A stretch of DNA of 64,000 nucleotides from an uncultured Gammaproteobacteria bacterium (GCA_964599625.1 CAZRGC010000003.1:97759-161758); one strand, 5' to 3'. Positions 53,235 through 62,105 are shown, counted from the stretch's first letter. Numbers and translations are program-made. Notes: a model not told the origin generated them from the sequence alone.

Positions 53235-53251
53235 GTAAGCGAGTTAATAAT

Positions 53252-54169
53252 ATGAACGAACCAATGTTTGAGATCAAAGAAGAAGGAAAGTCGGCAAACT
53301 ATTCAAAGTTTGTGATTTCTCCTTTGGAGAGGGGTTACGGACTTACAGTCGGAAACTCTCTCAGGAGAGTTTTATTGACCAGCCTTTCCGGAATTGCAGT
53401 TACTTCTGTTAAGATTGCAGGTGTTAAGCACCAATTCTCAAGCCTTAGCGGCATGAGAGAGGATGTAGTAGAGTTTGTTTTAAACCTCAAAAAAGTCAGA
53501 TTCTCCGGAGACATAGATAAAGTAACCAAAGCCACAATCGAAGTAAGTAAAGAGGGTGAATTCACAGCAGAAAACATTAAAGTTTCAGGAGGGGTAAAGG
53601 TTGTTAATCCGGAACTGGTACTAGGAACACTCAACAAGGGGACAAAACTTTCTGCGGAGCTCACAATCGAAAAAGGAGTAGGTTTTTCTCCCGCGGAAGA
53701 TAGATCAGTGGAAACAATTGGACTTATCCCCATGGACGCATCTTTCTCTCCTGTCAAAAGAGTAAGCTACAAAATCGAAGAGACACGTGTTGGACGCCTT
53801 ACAAACTACGACAAACTTATTTTGGAAGTCTGGACAGATGGCACAATGGACGCCGCAGATGCAGTTACCGAATCTGGTAAAATTTTGGTTTCTTACTTTG
53901 GACAGGTGGTAAACCCCAAAAAAGTAGAGGAAGCCGAAGTCGAAATTAAAAACGACCTTGGTTTGGTGGGTAAACTCTCTGTAGAAGAAATTGGACTCCC
54001 AACAAGAGTCGCAAATGCTTTAATCAAGGCTGGTTTTGAAACAGTCGAGCAATTGGCATATGCCAAGAAAGAAGATTTGGTCAAAGTCAGAAACTTGGGA
54101 GAAAAGTCCCTCAAAATTATAGCGGCTGCACTCGGAACAAAAGGAGTCGAGTTCCAGGCTATAAAATAA
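53252..54169 (+). CDS. rpoA: DNA-directed RNA polymerase subunit alpha
   Basis: 305 aa with an NTD (PLERGYGLTVGNSLRRVLL) and a CTD HhH (LPTRVANALIKAGFETVEQL). Confidence 0.96.
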   Translation: MNEPMFEIKEEGKSANYSKFVISPLERGYGLTVGNSLRRVLLTSLSGIAVTSVKIAGVKHQFSSLSGMREDVVEFVLNLKKVRFSGDIDKVTKATIEVSKEGEFTAENIKVSGGVKVVNPELVLGTLNKGTKLSAELTIEKGVGFSPAEDRSVETIGLIPMDASFSPVKRVSYKIEETRVGRLTNYDKLILEVWTDGTMDAADAVTESGKILVSYFGQVVNPKKVEEAEVEIKNDLGLVGKLSVEEIGLPTRVANALIKAGFETVEQLAYAKKEDLVKVRNLGEKSLKIIAAALGTKGVEFQAIK

Positions 54170-54215
54170 TAGTCCCGAACTTCGATTTTCTACATTCTGT
54201 CTTAAATTTCATCAC

Positions 54216-54695
54216 ATGAACAAGAAAGTCTTTGGAAGAAAATTGTCCAGAAGCAGGCCTGCAAGAGAAGCTTTATTTGCCTCAATTGCTCGCGCAATGC
54301 TTCTTAATGGAAAAGTTGAAACAACCAGGGCCAAAGCCAAGGCTACTCTTGGCATGCTTGAAAAAATGGTAACAGTTTCCAAAAAGGGAACAGTTGCAGG
54401 TATGAGGCGTGTTTTGGCAGATCTGGATAATCAAAGAGATGCTCTAAACGCTTTGTATCAGGAGGTTGCACCATCGTTTACAAGGACGTCCGGTTTTATC
54501 AGACTTATCCAACTTCCAAACAGGAAGGGTGACAATGCCCAGATGGTAAGGATGGAATGGACTGATAAAATTGTCAAAAAAGCCGTGCCCGCCGGCAGGC
54601 AGGAAAAAGTTGTTAAAGAACCTAAGAAAAAAGAAGTTAAAAAAGTAGAAAAATCGGCTAAAAAAGTAGCAACAAAGAAAGAAACAAAGAAATAA
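54216..54695 (+). CDS. rplQ: 50S ribosomal protein L17 with Lys-rich C-terminal extension
   Basis: GRKLSRSRPAREALFASIARAML..ETTRAKAK, followed by a KEPKKKEVKKVEKSAKKVATKKETKK tail. Confidence 0.9.
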   Translation: MNKKVFGRKLSRSRPAREALFASIARAMLLNGKVETTRAKAKATLGMLEKMVTVSKKGTVAGMRRVLADLDNQRDALNALYQEVAPSFTRTSGFIRLIQLPNRKGDNAQMVRMEWTDKIVKKAVPAGRQEKVVKEPKKKEVKKVEKSAKKVATKKETKK

Positions 54696-54696
54696 A

Positions 54697-55116
54697 ATGA
54701 AAACATACCAGCCATCATCCAAAGAAATCACAAGAACCTGGCGTGTAATGGACGCCAAGGATAAGATTTTGGGTAGATTCGCCACAGAAGTTGCAATAGC
54801 ACTTACAGGCAAAGACAAAGTTACCTACAGCACACATATGGATTCTGGTGATTTTGTGGTTGTTTTGAACTCCGAAAAAGTAAAGGTAACAGGCCGAAAG
54901 GCCTCTCAGAAAGTTTACAGAAGCCATTCTGGATACCCAGGTGGTTTTCGAGAAAGAAAGTTCTCCAAGGTTATGAACGAACATCCTGAGAGAATCTTGG
55001 AAAATGCAATTTCCGGAATGCTTCCTGACAACAAACTCAAAGCCAAAAGAATGGCAAGGCTCAGAGTTGTGGTAGGTGACAAAAATCCGTATTCGGATAA
55101 AATTGAGAAACAATAA
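54697..55116 (+). CDS. rplM: 50S ribosomal protein L13
   Basis: WRVMDAKDKILGRFATEVAIALTGK and HSGYPGG. Confidence 0.95.
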   Translation: MKTYQPSSKEITRTWRVMDAKDKILGRFATEVAIALTGKDKVTYSTHMDSGDFVVVLNSEKVKVTGRKASQKVYRSHSGYPGGFRERKFSKVMNEHPERILENAISGMLPDNKLKAKRMARLRVVVGDKNPYSDKIEKQ

Positions 55117-55118
55117 CT

Positions 55119-55523
55119 ATGGCAAAGAAACTTGATTACACATACGCAATTGGTCGCAGAAAAGAATCCCAGGCAAGGGTGAGGGTATACCGTGGCAAAG
55201 GAGAAAACACTGTTAACGGAATGCCGGCATCAAAATATTTCGAGGGTGAACTTTTCCAAAAAATGCTTGCAAAGCCGATGGGTGCAACCGAAACATCCGA
55301 CAAGCATTATTATTCCGGACGCGTTGTGGGCGGCGGGAAAATGGGACAGCTTTCCTCGTTGATCCTGGCACTTTCCAGGGCTTTGGTAAAGATTTCTCCC
55401 GAAAAAAACAGAATAGTTCTTAGAAAATTAAATCTTCTCACCCGTGATTCCAGAATCAGACAACGAAGGATGGTTGGAATGGGTGGAAAAGCCCGCAGAA
55501 AGAAACAATCTCCAAAACGTTAA
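55119..55523 (+). CDS. rpsI: 30S ribosomal protein S9
   Basis: GRRKESQARVRV and a C-terminal KARRKKQSPKR. Confidence 0.95.
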   Translation: MAKKLDYTYAIGRRKESQARVRVYRGKGENTVNGMPASKYFEGELFQKMLAKPMGATETSDKHYYSGRVVGGGKMGQLSSLILALSRALVKISPEKNRIVLRKLNLLTRDSRIRQRRMVGMGGKARRKKQSPKR

Positions 55524-55567
55524 CGGTTTTCTTTTTCCATAGCTTCACTTTGTAGTACAATCTTTCT

Positions 55568-55939
55568 ATGGTAAGTGATCGTATTTTGGCAGAGGCTAAA
55601 AAATATATACCTGAGTGTGACTACATCGTAGATCTTTTTGACCTAATGTTTATTTGGGTTAGCGACAAAGCACTAAAGGAGACAGGTTTTACCAAGGATG
55701 AGATTTTGAGGATGCGAAACCTTGATCTTATAGCCGAAGGAATGTATTCCGAAGTTGACTTGCGCAAGCAACTTATTGAAAGAATTACCAAAAAACAGGG
55801 CGAAAACACTTACATTCTCAAAACCGCCAAGGGTCTTTTGAATGTGCGTTATCAATATCAGGCATTTCAATTTGATGGCGGCTGGTACATAACGGGAAAG
55901 ATTTTGGAAACCTCCCCCGCCCCAAATCCTCAGTCTTAA
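55568..55939 (+). CDS. small PAS-like domain protein (tentative)
   Basis: 123 aa. FIWVSDKALKETGFTKDEILRMRNLDLI resembles the PAS N-cap/core text. Confidence 0.3.
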   Translation: MVSDRILAEAKKYIPECDYIVDLFDLMFIWVSDKALKETGFTKDEILRMRNLDLIAEGMYSEVDLRKQLIERITKKQGENTYILKTAKGLLNVRYQYQAFQFDGGWYITGKILETSPAPNPQS

Positions 55940-55954
55940 GTTATAATTTTTACA

Positions 55955-56998
55955 ATGTCAGAACCACTTTATGATCCGACGGTTTTGGAAAAATATGAAG
56001 TGCCGGAAGCTTTCCGTTATTCGTTGGACGAAGAAGAGGTGACCAACGAAGAAATTTCGGCTGTCAGGCGTTTGGTAAGGGAAAATAAAATAGAGCAAAA
56101 AGGAGCATTTGCAGCAGGTATTAAATACGCGAGGCAAGAGATAATAGCGCTGGAGAATGATCTGGGTCTGGTTCAGAAAGATGAAAGGTCGATGCAAGTA
56201 GCTGTCTTACCCGACGCAGTATTTGAAAAGGCATACTTTGATCTTACCCGTCAAGAAGCCGGAGACAGTGGTGGCGGTTATGCAAACGCACTGGGAAGTG
56301 TTGTATTAAGAGCAAGTACCGACCCTGCATATATAAAATCTTCAATGGTTTACCACGAGTTTGTACATAAGTTTATAGATAAGCATATACAGGTTTTTTC
56401 CAAGGTAAGACGCCCAAGTGGCAGAATTGCCCATGATTATGTAGATAGAAGATCGGGTCTATCGGTGGAAAATGTAACCAAAGAAAGCTCGGCAAAAGGG
56501 ACAAAACCCCGCGGCGAACTTTTGAATGAGCTGGGAAACTACATGGAACAGCATAGGTTTATTTTAAATATATTGGATAAGCCCGAATTTGCTGAAGAAA
56601 AACAGAGGCGCGAGAAACTTCTCAGATCGATGGGTTTTGGAGAATCGGGAGGGTTTTGGATAGCAAATGTCAAAAAGCAGGATGGGAGTACATTGCAGAT
56701 AAACCTTGATAGAGACAGTATTCATATTGACGAAAACGGGGATTTTAATCCCGCAACCCTGTTTTTTTATATGCAACTTGCAACGGATTTGGGAAAGGCA
56801 TGTGACCCACAAAACGATGGGGCGGCTTTCAGGAAGCTTCTTTTGGATTGTAAAGTTGATCCCTCAAAACAAAACGAACTCAGAAAGATGGTGGATATGG
56901 GAATGGGAGAGGGTTTTTACACCAGATTAAAGTCGGCGGGTTACCAATCGGACGATGAACTTTTAGACCTCATTGTAGAGGTGCAATCCAAACTATAG
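55955..56998 (+). CDS. hypothetical protein with HExxH motif (possible zinc metallopeptidase)
   Basis: 347 aa with MVYHEFVHKF, and a downstream Glu-rich segment ELLNELGNYMEQ about 50 aa later (gluzincin-like spacing). Confidence 0.35.
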   Translation: MSEPLYDPTVLEKYEVPEAFRYSLDEEEVTNEEISAVRRLVRENKIEQKGAFAAGIKYARQEIIALENDLGLVQKDERSMQVAVLPDAVFEKAYFDLTRQEAGDSGGGYANALGSVVLRASTDPAYIKSSMVYHEFVHKFIDKHIQVFSKVRRPSGRIAHDYVDRRSGLSVENVTKESSAKGTKPRGELLNELGNYMEQHRFILNILDKPEFAEEKQRREKLLRSMGFGESGGFWIANVKKQDGSTLQINLDRDSIHIDENGDFNPATLFFYMQLATDLGKACDPQNDGAAFRKLLLDCKVDPSKQNELRKMVDMGMGEGFYTRLKSAGYQSDDELLDLIVEVQSKL

Positions 56999-57030
56999 TG
57001 AAACCTATTGTGTGGTAAAATAGGCTCCTA

Positions 57031-57172
57031 CGGGGTGTAGTTTTAGCCAGCAGGCGAAATACACACTTTAGTCTTAGTTACAAACGGGGTGTAGTTTACC
57101 CGGTAAGCTTCGATGGGTCCCTTCCCATCTCAGGTGCTTTGCACCAAGCTTGGCCAGTAATCTCCACCCCTC
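57031..57172 (+). repeat. two upstream partial copies of the tRNA-Pro 5' end; the second is embedded in a nested stem structure
   Basis: CGGGGTGTAGTTT occurs at 57031, 57085 and 57181. In 57086-57170 the pairings are GGGGTG/CACCCC, GTTTAC/GTAATC (one mismatch), AAGCTT/AAGCTT, GATGGG/CCCATC and GGTGC/GCACC. Confidence 0.6.
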
Positions 57173-57180
57173 GCATAGCT

Positions 57181-57251
57181 CGGGGTGTAGTTTACCGGTA
57201 GAATGGGCGCATGGGGTGCGTCCGGACTGAGTTCAATTCTCAGCACCCCGA
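57181..57251 (+). tRNA. tRNA-Pro (anticodon GGG), no encoded CCA
   Basis: Hand-folded cloverleaf. The acceptor is CGGGGTG/CACCCCG and U8 is present. The D-loop carries GG. The anticodon stem is GGCGC/GCGTC with loop AU-GGG-GU. The T arm is CTGAG-TTCAATT-CTCAG. The discriminator is A. Confidence 0.75.
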
Positions 57252-57754
57252 CCGAATGGTGGGTTTAGTTTATAAAGGTCGGCAAGGGTTTTTTTGACGC
57301 TTTCAAAACCGATATTTTTAAGATTTGGAATATCTTTGATATCCACCCAAACCAGTTCTGATACGTCGTCACTTGCTTCTATCTCTCCACCCGTAATCTC
57401 CACAATAAACTGAAATACTAATATTGGTTTGTCCGCATCACCATATGTGTCGGGATAATTCCCGAGAAGTCTGATTACTTTAACATCAAGCCCTGTTTCT
57501 TCTTTTGTTTCCCGAATAGCAGCCTCTTCAGCTGACTCTCCCGGGTTTATAAATCCTCCAATCACATCATATGTTCCTTTGAATGGTTCGTTTTTTCTTA
57601 TTGCCAGAAGTACTTTATTGTTTTTTATGGGAATTGCTGAGGCGCCGGGTACAGGGTCTTGGTAAATACTAAACCCGCAGTCCAAACAAATGATTTTGGT
57701 TTCTTTGAGGTCCAGTTTCCGACTTCCGCAAACAGGGCAAAATATATATTTCAT
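57233..57754 (-). CDS. NUDIX hydrolase with N-terminal zinc ribbon
   Basis: MKYIFCPVCGSRKL..CLDCG, and Nudix box GGFINPGESAEEAAIRETKEETGL. The start at 57754 forms an ATGA overlap with the upstream gene's stop. The 3' end overlaps tRNA-Pro by 19 nt on the opposite strand. Confidence 0.8.
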   Translation of the reverse strand: MKYIFCPVCGSRKLDLKETKIICLDCGFSIYQDPVPGASAIPIKNNKVLLAIRKNEPFKGTYDVIGGFINPGESAEEAAIRETKEETGLDVKVIRLLGNYPDTYGDADKPILVFQFIVEITGGEIEASDDVSELVWVDIKDIPNLKNIGFESVKKTLADLYKLNPPFGRGAEN

Positions 57755-58311
57755 TTTTCTACCTTCGAATTTTCGAACATTGTCTTTAGTGTCTTCCAAT
57801 TCTCTGGTAACGGTGTGCCATTTTGTGATAATTCCAAAGCAAAAAGAATTATTTTTTCGTCTCCATCTTGCCAATCCTCAATTCTTCTGTCGGGATAATA
57901 ATAACCATTCGGTGGTATTTGGATGTCTTTGTTTACCTTGTAATCAGTAAAATACTGAGGTATTTTGTCGGGAAACATGTGTGCAATTCCCGAAAAGGCG
58001 TCCATAACAGAAGCGGCATATTTTGAACCGTTTTCGGAAACATCAGGGCCGTCTTCCACATGTCTTTGTAAATTTTTTATATGCATGTGCAACACTTTTG
58101 TTTCAAATACTTTCTTTTTTCCATCCTTGGTTACCGGCAGATAAACCTGACTTCCACCTTGGTCCAAGATGTAATCATGTGACACTTTGTCCAATACACT
58201 TCTGGCTTTTTCCCTGAAGTCGTTGCCAAGACGTTCTGTTAAGTGCAAATTATTTTCGGCAAGTTTTCCTGTGTGTTGTCTCAATTCTATTTTGTCGTTT
58301 GTTGAGTCCAT
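57751..58311 (-). CDS. hypothetical protein
   Basis: 186-aa ORF, translationally coupled (ATGA) to the Nudix gene. No motif recognised. Confidence 0.55.
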   Translation of the reverse strand: MDSTNDKIELRQHTGKLAENNLHLTERLGNDFREKARSVLDKVSHDYILDQGGSQVYLPVTKDGKKKVFETKVLHMHIKNLQRHVEDGPDVSENGSKYAASVMDAFSGIAHMFPDKIPQYFTDYKVNKDIQIPPNGYYYPDRRIEDWQDGDEKIILFALELSQNGTPLPENWKTLKTMFENSKVEK

Positions 58312-58366
58312 GGAGATAGTCTAACATTTTAATTGCTTTTTTATCTGCTAAGGAGTAAAAAAAGCT

Positions 58367-58981
58367 ATGCCCAAGAAAGAAACACATTCTTTGATTGAGT
58401 ACTTGGCAATACGCGAAGAAGAACGAATGAAAGCTGTTCGCGAGGGAACACCCGGAGTGCAAAAACGGCTTAAAGAAATGATTCTTCACAGATGGGGGGA
58501 GATTTTGGCAATAAAACAAACAGAAATCCCGCCCGAAATCCATGAAATGGTTGGGTACAAAATGCCGAAAACCGCGGCAACAGTTCTTTGGATGTCGCCT
58601 TCCCCAAACGATTTTGATGTTTTTGGTAAAACCGACATTGATTCAGTGAGTCTTTTTACACAACTTGCCCAAAACACACTTTGGGAAGCCAATAAAAAAA
58701 GTGACGTTTTGAATTATTTCCAAAAACTTGCCGATAATTTGTCGGATTTGAAACACAAATTTAAAATTCCCACCGAGATCAGATATTTTTCACCGCGTCT
58801 AAATGAAAGTGTTTTGCAAACATTATGGAGGCTTCCTTCACCTTGGCTTTGGGGATTTGATGACCGCGATGAGGTTGTTGACTTGCGAAGGTCGCCAATG
58901 GGTATGTGGAAAGACAACGACAGACAACAAGTTATAAATTATATGAGAGTTGTTGCTGACAACATTGAGTATATTCATTAA
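58367..58981 (+). CDS. hypothetical protein
   Basis: 204-aa ORF, divergent from 57751-58311. Trp-rich, with no motif recognised. Confidence 0.55.
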   Translation: MPKKETHSLIEYLAIREEERMKAVREGTPGVQKRLKEMILHRWGEILAIKQTEIPPEIHEMVGYKMPKTAATVLWMSPSPNDFDVFGKTDIDSVSLFTQLAQNTLWEANKKSDVLNYFQKLADNLSDLKHKFKIPTEIRYFSPRLNESVLQTLWRLPSPWLWGFDDRDEVVDLRRSPMGMWKDNDRQQVINYMRVVADNIEYIH

Positions 58982-59042
58982 TTCTACCTTCATCCTGTAA
59001 TTGCTTCTTGTAATTTGTTTTTACAAATAGTAAAAAGTACCA

Positions 59043-60131
59043 ATGGCAAACAAGAAAAAACCCGAAACAGACGCACCGGTCAAACAAGAAGGTGCATCCG
59101 CAAAGCTTCAGGCAATCAAACTTGCCATGGATCAGATTGAGAAACAATACGGAAGGGGTTCCATTATGCGACTTGGAGAAAGAACTCCGGAGCAAATGAA
59201 AATAGAAGTAATCTCAACAGGGGCAGTTGCCTTGGACTTGGCACTTGGAGTGGGTGGATTTCCCAGGGGAAGGATAATTGAAATCTATGGACCAGAAGCT
59301 TCCGGAAAAACTACACTGGCATTATCAGTAATTGCAGAAGCTCAGAAAAAAGGCGGGCAGTGTGCTTTTGTAGATGCAGAACATGCTCTAGACCCAGTAC
59401 GGGCCGAAACAATAGGAGTTGATTTGGACAATCTTCTTATGAGCCAGCCTGATACAGGCGAGCAGGCTTTAGAAATTACAGAAACTTTAATCAGGTCGGG
59501 TGCGCTGGACGTTGTCGTTGTTGACTCGGTCGCCGCTCTTGTGCCGCGGGCAGAGTTGGAGGGTGAAATGGGTGACTCTGTCATGGGTATGCAGGCACGC
59601 CTTATGTCCCAAGCATTAAGAAAGCTCACAGGCGCAATTTCCAAGTCTAAAACTGTTCTTATATTTACAAACCAACTCAGACAAAAAATCGGTGTCATGT
59701 TTGGAAATCCGGAGACAACACCCGGCGGACTTGCGCTTAAGTTTTATGCATCCGTAAGAATTGACACCAGAAGGATAGAAGTCCTGAAAGATGGTGAACG
59801 TGTAATTGGTTCACGCCACAGGGCCAGAATAGTCAAAAACAAAGTTGCGCCCCCTCTTCGAGTAGCTGAATTCGACATAATGGAGTCAGAAGGAATATCC
59901 AAGTCCGGCGGACTTTTGGATGTGGGACTTGAGCTTGGTATAGTTGGAAAAAACGGTTCATTCTTTAATTACGACGGTAAACCCATAGCCCAAGGAAAAG
60001 AGGCTGCCAAAATGTATCTTTCCGACAATCCCAAAGTTGCAGACGAGATAGAAAAGAAAATCCGCGATATGGCAACCTCCGGAAAAAAGCTTCCCAAGGA
60101 AATAGGCGAAGAAGATTCAGAGGAAGAGTAG
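59043..60131 (+). CDS. recA: recombinase RecA
   Basis: [21 protein letters not shown], and an acidic C-terminus. Confidence 0.98.
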   Translation: MANKKKPETDAPVKQEGASAKLQAIKLAMDQIEKQYGRGSIMRLGERTPEQMKIEVISTGAVALDLALGVGGFPRGRIIEIYGPEASGKTTLALSVIAEAQKKGGQCAFVDAEHALDPVRAETIGVDLDNLLMSQPDTGEQALEITETLIRSGALDVVVVDSVAALVPRAELEGEMGDSVMGMQARLMSQALRKLTGAISKSKTVLIFTNQLRQKIGVMFGNPETTPGGLALKFYASVRIDTRRIEVLKDGERVIGSRHRARIVKNKVAPPLRVAEFDIMESEGISKSGGLLDVGLELGIVGKNGSFFNYDGKPIAQGKEAAKMYLSDNPKVADEIEKKIRDMATSGKKLPKEIGEEDSEEE

Positions 60132-60140
60132 AATAAGATT

Positions 60141-60746
60141 GTGCCGACAGTCACTTCATTAAAAAGCCAGAAAAAAGACGGAAGAGTTAATGTTTTTATA
60201 GATGGCAAATTTGGATTCGGAATAGACCTGGACAATTTAGTTCTCCAAAAAATAAAAATCGGAAAAGAGTTTACCGACGAAGAATTGGCAGAGGTGGTTA
60301 AAAAAGCAGAGTTTCAAAAGACTTTGGACAAACTCTTGGCATATGCAACACTCAGACCCAGGTCAGAAAAGGAAGTGTCCAACTACTTCAAAAGAAAAAA
60401 GATTCATGATAGTTTATGGAACACCCTTACCGACAAACTTCGGCATTTTGAACTTTTGGACGATCTTAAATTTGCCCGTTGGTGGGTGGACCAAAGGCAA
60501 TCTTTCAAGCCCAAGCCAAAAAGAATATTGGTTGCGGAACTAAAGACAAAGGGTATAAAAGATGTTTTTATTGAAGAGGTTTTGGGTGAAACAAAATTGG
60601 ATGAGGTGGTTATGGCCAAAAACATTTTGGAAAAAAGATCCTATAAATGGGCCAAATTTGAACCAAGGATAGCACGACAAAAAATGGCGCAATACCTGGG
60701 TGGAAAAGGTTTTTCTTGGGAAACTATTGAGAAAGTTCTTCCTTGA
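60141..60746 (+). CDS. recX: recombination regulator RecX (GTG start)
   Basis: 201 aa immediately after recA, with repeated three-helix text (ALRLL-type: AYATLRPRSEKEVSNYFKRK, FARWWVDQR). Confidence 0.8.
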   Translation: MPTVTSLKSQKKDGRVNVFIDGKFGFGIDLDNLVLQKIKIGKEFTDEELAEVVKKAEFQKTLDKLLAYATLRPRSEKEVSNYFKRKKIHDSLWNTLTDKLRHFELLDDLKFARWWVDQRQSFKPKPKRILVAELKTKGIKDVFIEEVLGETKLDEVVMAKNILEKRSYKWAKFEPRIARQKMAQYLGGKGFSWETIEKVLP

Positions 60747-60862
60747 TTAGAGGTGGTCTAAGATGGTAAAATAGCACAGTCAAAGATTATGGTTAAAAGA
60801 GCACAAAATTCAGCCCCTTTTGCCACAAGGCTTTCTTAAGCCCCTCTTTGCGTTATTAGAAT

Positions 60863-62026
60863 ATGTCTAAACAGGACGAATATATCGAAAAATTGGCCAA
60901 AGTGGCTAAAATGACCTCTGAAGAGGCTAAGCGAGCTCTTCTTGACGAGGTACAAAAGGATCTGGTGGGCGAAATTGCCAAGAAGATTAGAGCCGCGGAA
61001 GAAAAGATTAAAGAAGAGGCCAAATTAAAGGCTCAGGAAATTCTTTTGGACGCCATGAAACAGGGAGCCACCCAATACACCGCTGAGTACACAGTTTCTG
61101 CGGTTACAGTCCCCAACGAAGACGTCAAAGGAAGAATAATAGGTGCGGGTGGAAGGAACATCAGAACTTTTGAAAAAGAAGCAGGTGTGGAAATTGAAAT
61201 TGACGAAACAAACGAAATCAGACTTTCCTCGTTCGACGCAATAAGACGTGAAATTGCCAGGAGATCTTTGGAAATACTTATCAATGATTCAAGAATTCAG
61301 CCTTCCAGAATTGAGGAAGTGATTAGACAAGTGAAAGCAAGTATGGAGGATGTTCTTTTGGAAGAAGGAAAGAAAATCACTCACGAGTGTGGTGTTTACA
61401 ATCTTCCGCTTGAGCTTATGAAGATGATAGGCAGATACAGGTTTAGAACTTCTTACGGGCAGAATTTGGGCATCCACACAATCGAGGAAACCAAAATGGG
61501 AGTTGCTATCGCCGAAGAGATCGGCGCCAATACAGACATTGTAAGACTTGGATGTTTACTCCATGACGTTGGTAAAATTGTCACCGACGAAGAAGGTAAT
61601 CATGTGGAGTTGGGAGTGAATCTTCTTAAAAAGTACGGCATTCCCAAAGAGGTGGTTGCTTGTGTTGCAGAGCATCATGAGGATAGACCTTTTTCTTCAA
61701 ACGAGTCAGTTTGTGTGTGGATAGCAGATGCAGTTTCGGGTTCCCGCCCTGGTGCCAGATATGAACCACACGAAGGTTATGTTAAAAGAATGAGCAAGAT
61801 TGAGGAAATCAGCAAAGGTTTCCCGGGTGTTGACGCAGTATTTGCTTTCCAGGCAGGCCGTGATGTTCGTGTTATTGTTAACCCTGATGAAGTAGATGAT
61901 GACAAACTTACAGTTTTGGCACACGATATTGCCAGAAAATTAGAAAAAGAAGCAGAATATGCAGGTCAGGTTAAAGTATCTGTGATTAGAGAAGTTAGGG
62001 CCACCGAAATTACTTCAGCAAAATAA
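60863..62026 (+). CDS. rny: ribonuclease Y, short form without N-terminal membrane anchor
   Basis: KH domain (GRIIGAGGRNIRTFEKEAGVEIEID), HD domain (LLHDVGK, EHHED), and a C-terminal QVKVSVIRE. Only a ~60-aa coiled-coil lies ahead of the KH domain. Confidence 0.9.
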   Translation: MSKQDEYIEKLAKVAKMTSEEAKRALLDEVQKDLVGEIAKKIRAAEEKIKEEAKLKAQEILLDAMKQGATQYTAEYTVSAVTVPNEDVKGRIIGAGGRNIRTFEKEAGVEIEIDETNEIRLSSFDAIRREIARRSLEILINDSRIQPSRIEEVIRQVKASMEDVLLEEGKKITHECGVYNLPLELMKMIGRYRFRTSYGQNLGIHTIEETKMGVAIAEEIGANTDIVRLGCLLHDVGKIVTDEEGNHVELGVNLLKKYGIPKEVVACVAEHHEDRPFSSNESVCVWIADAVSGSRPGARYEPHEGYVKRMSKIEEISKGFPGVDAVFAFQAGRDVRVIVNPDEVDDDKLTVLAHDIARKLEKEAEYAGQVKVSVIREVRATEITSAK

Positions 62027-62105
62027 TTTTTTAAATTATAAATTTAGTTTCTATCTTTGCCCGAAATCTTGACTTTTTATTCAATGTGTCATATCCTTTT
62101 CGGTA

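Noticed and set aside
57085-57172. The middle tRNA-like copy might be a class II (long variable arm) tRNA or an intron-containing tRNA-Pro.
   Set aside because: No T arm (GG..TTCRAnY..CC) can be formed. The candidate anticodon hairpin has a 6-nt loop, and the first acceptor pair is mismatched. It is too short for a group I intron. It is kept as an unexplained structured element rather than a tRNA call.
57755-57874. A 40-codon N-terminal extension of the minus-strand Nudix ORF (track start at 57874).
   Set aside because: The extension overlaps the upstream gene's coding region. The ATG at 57754 gives the typical MKYIFCPVCG zinc-ribbon N-terminus and an ATGA stop/start overlap.
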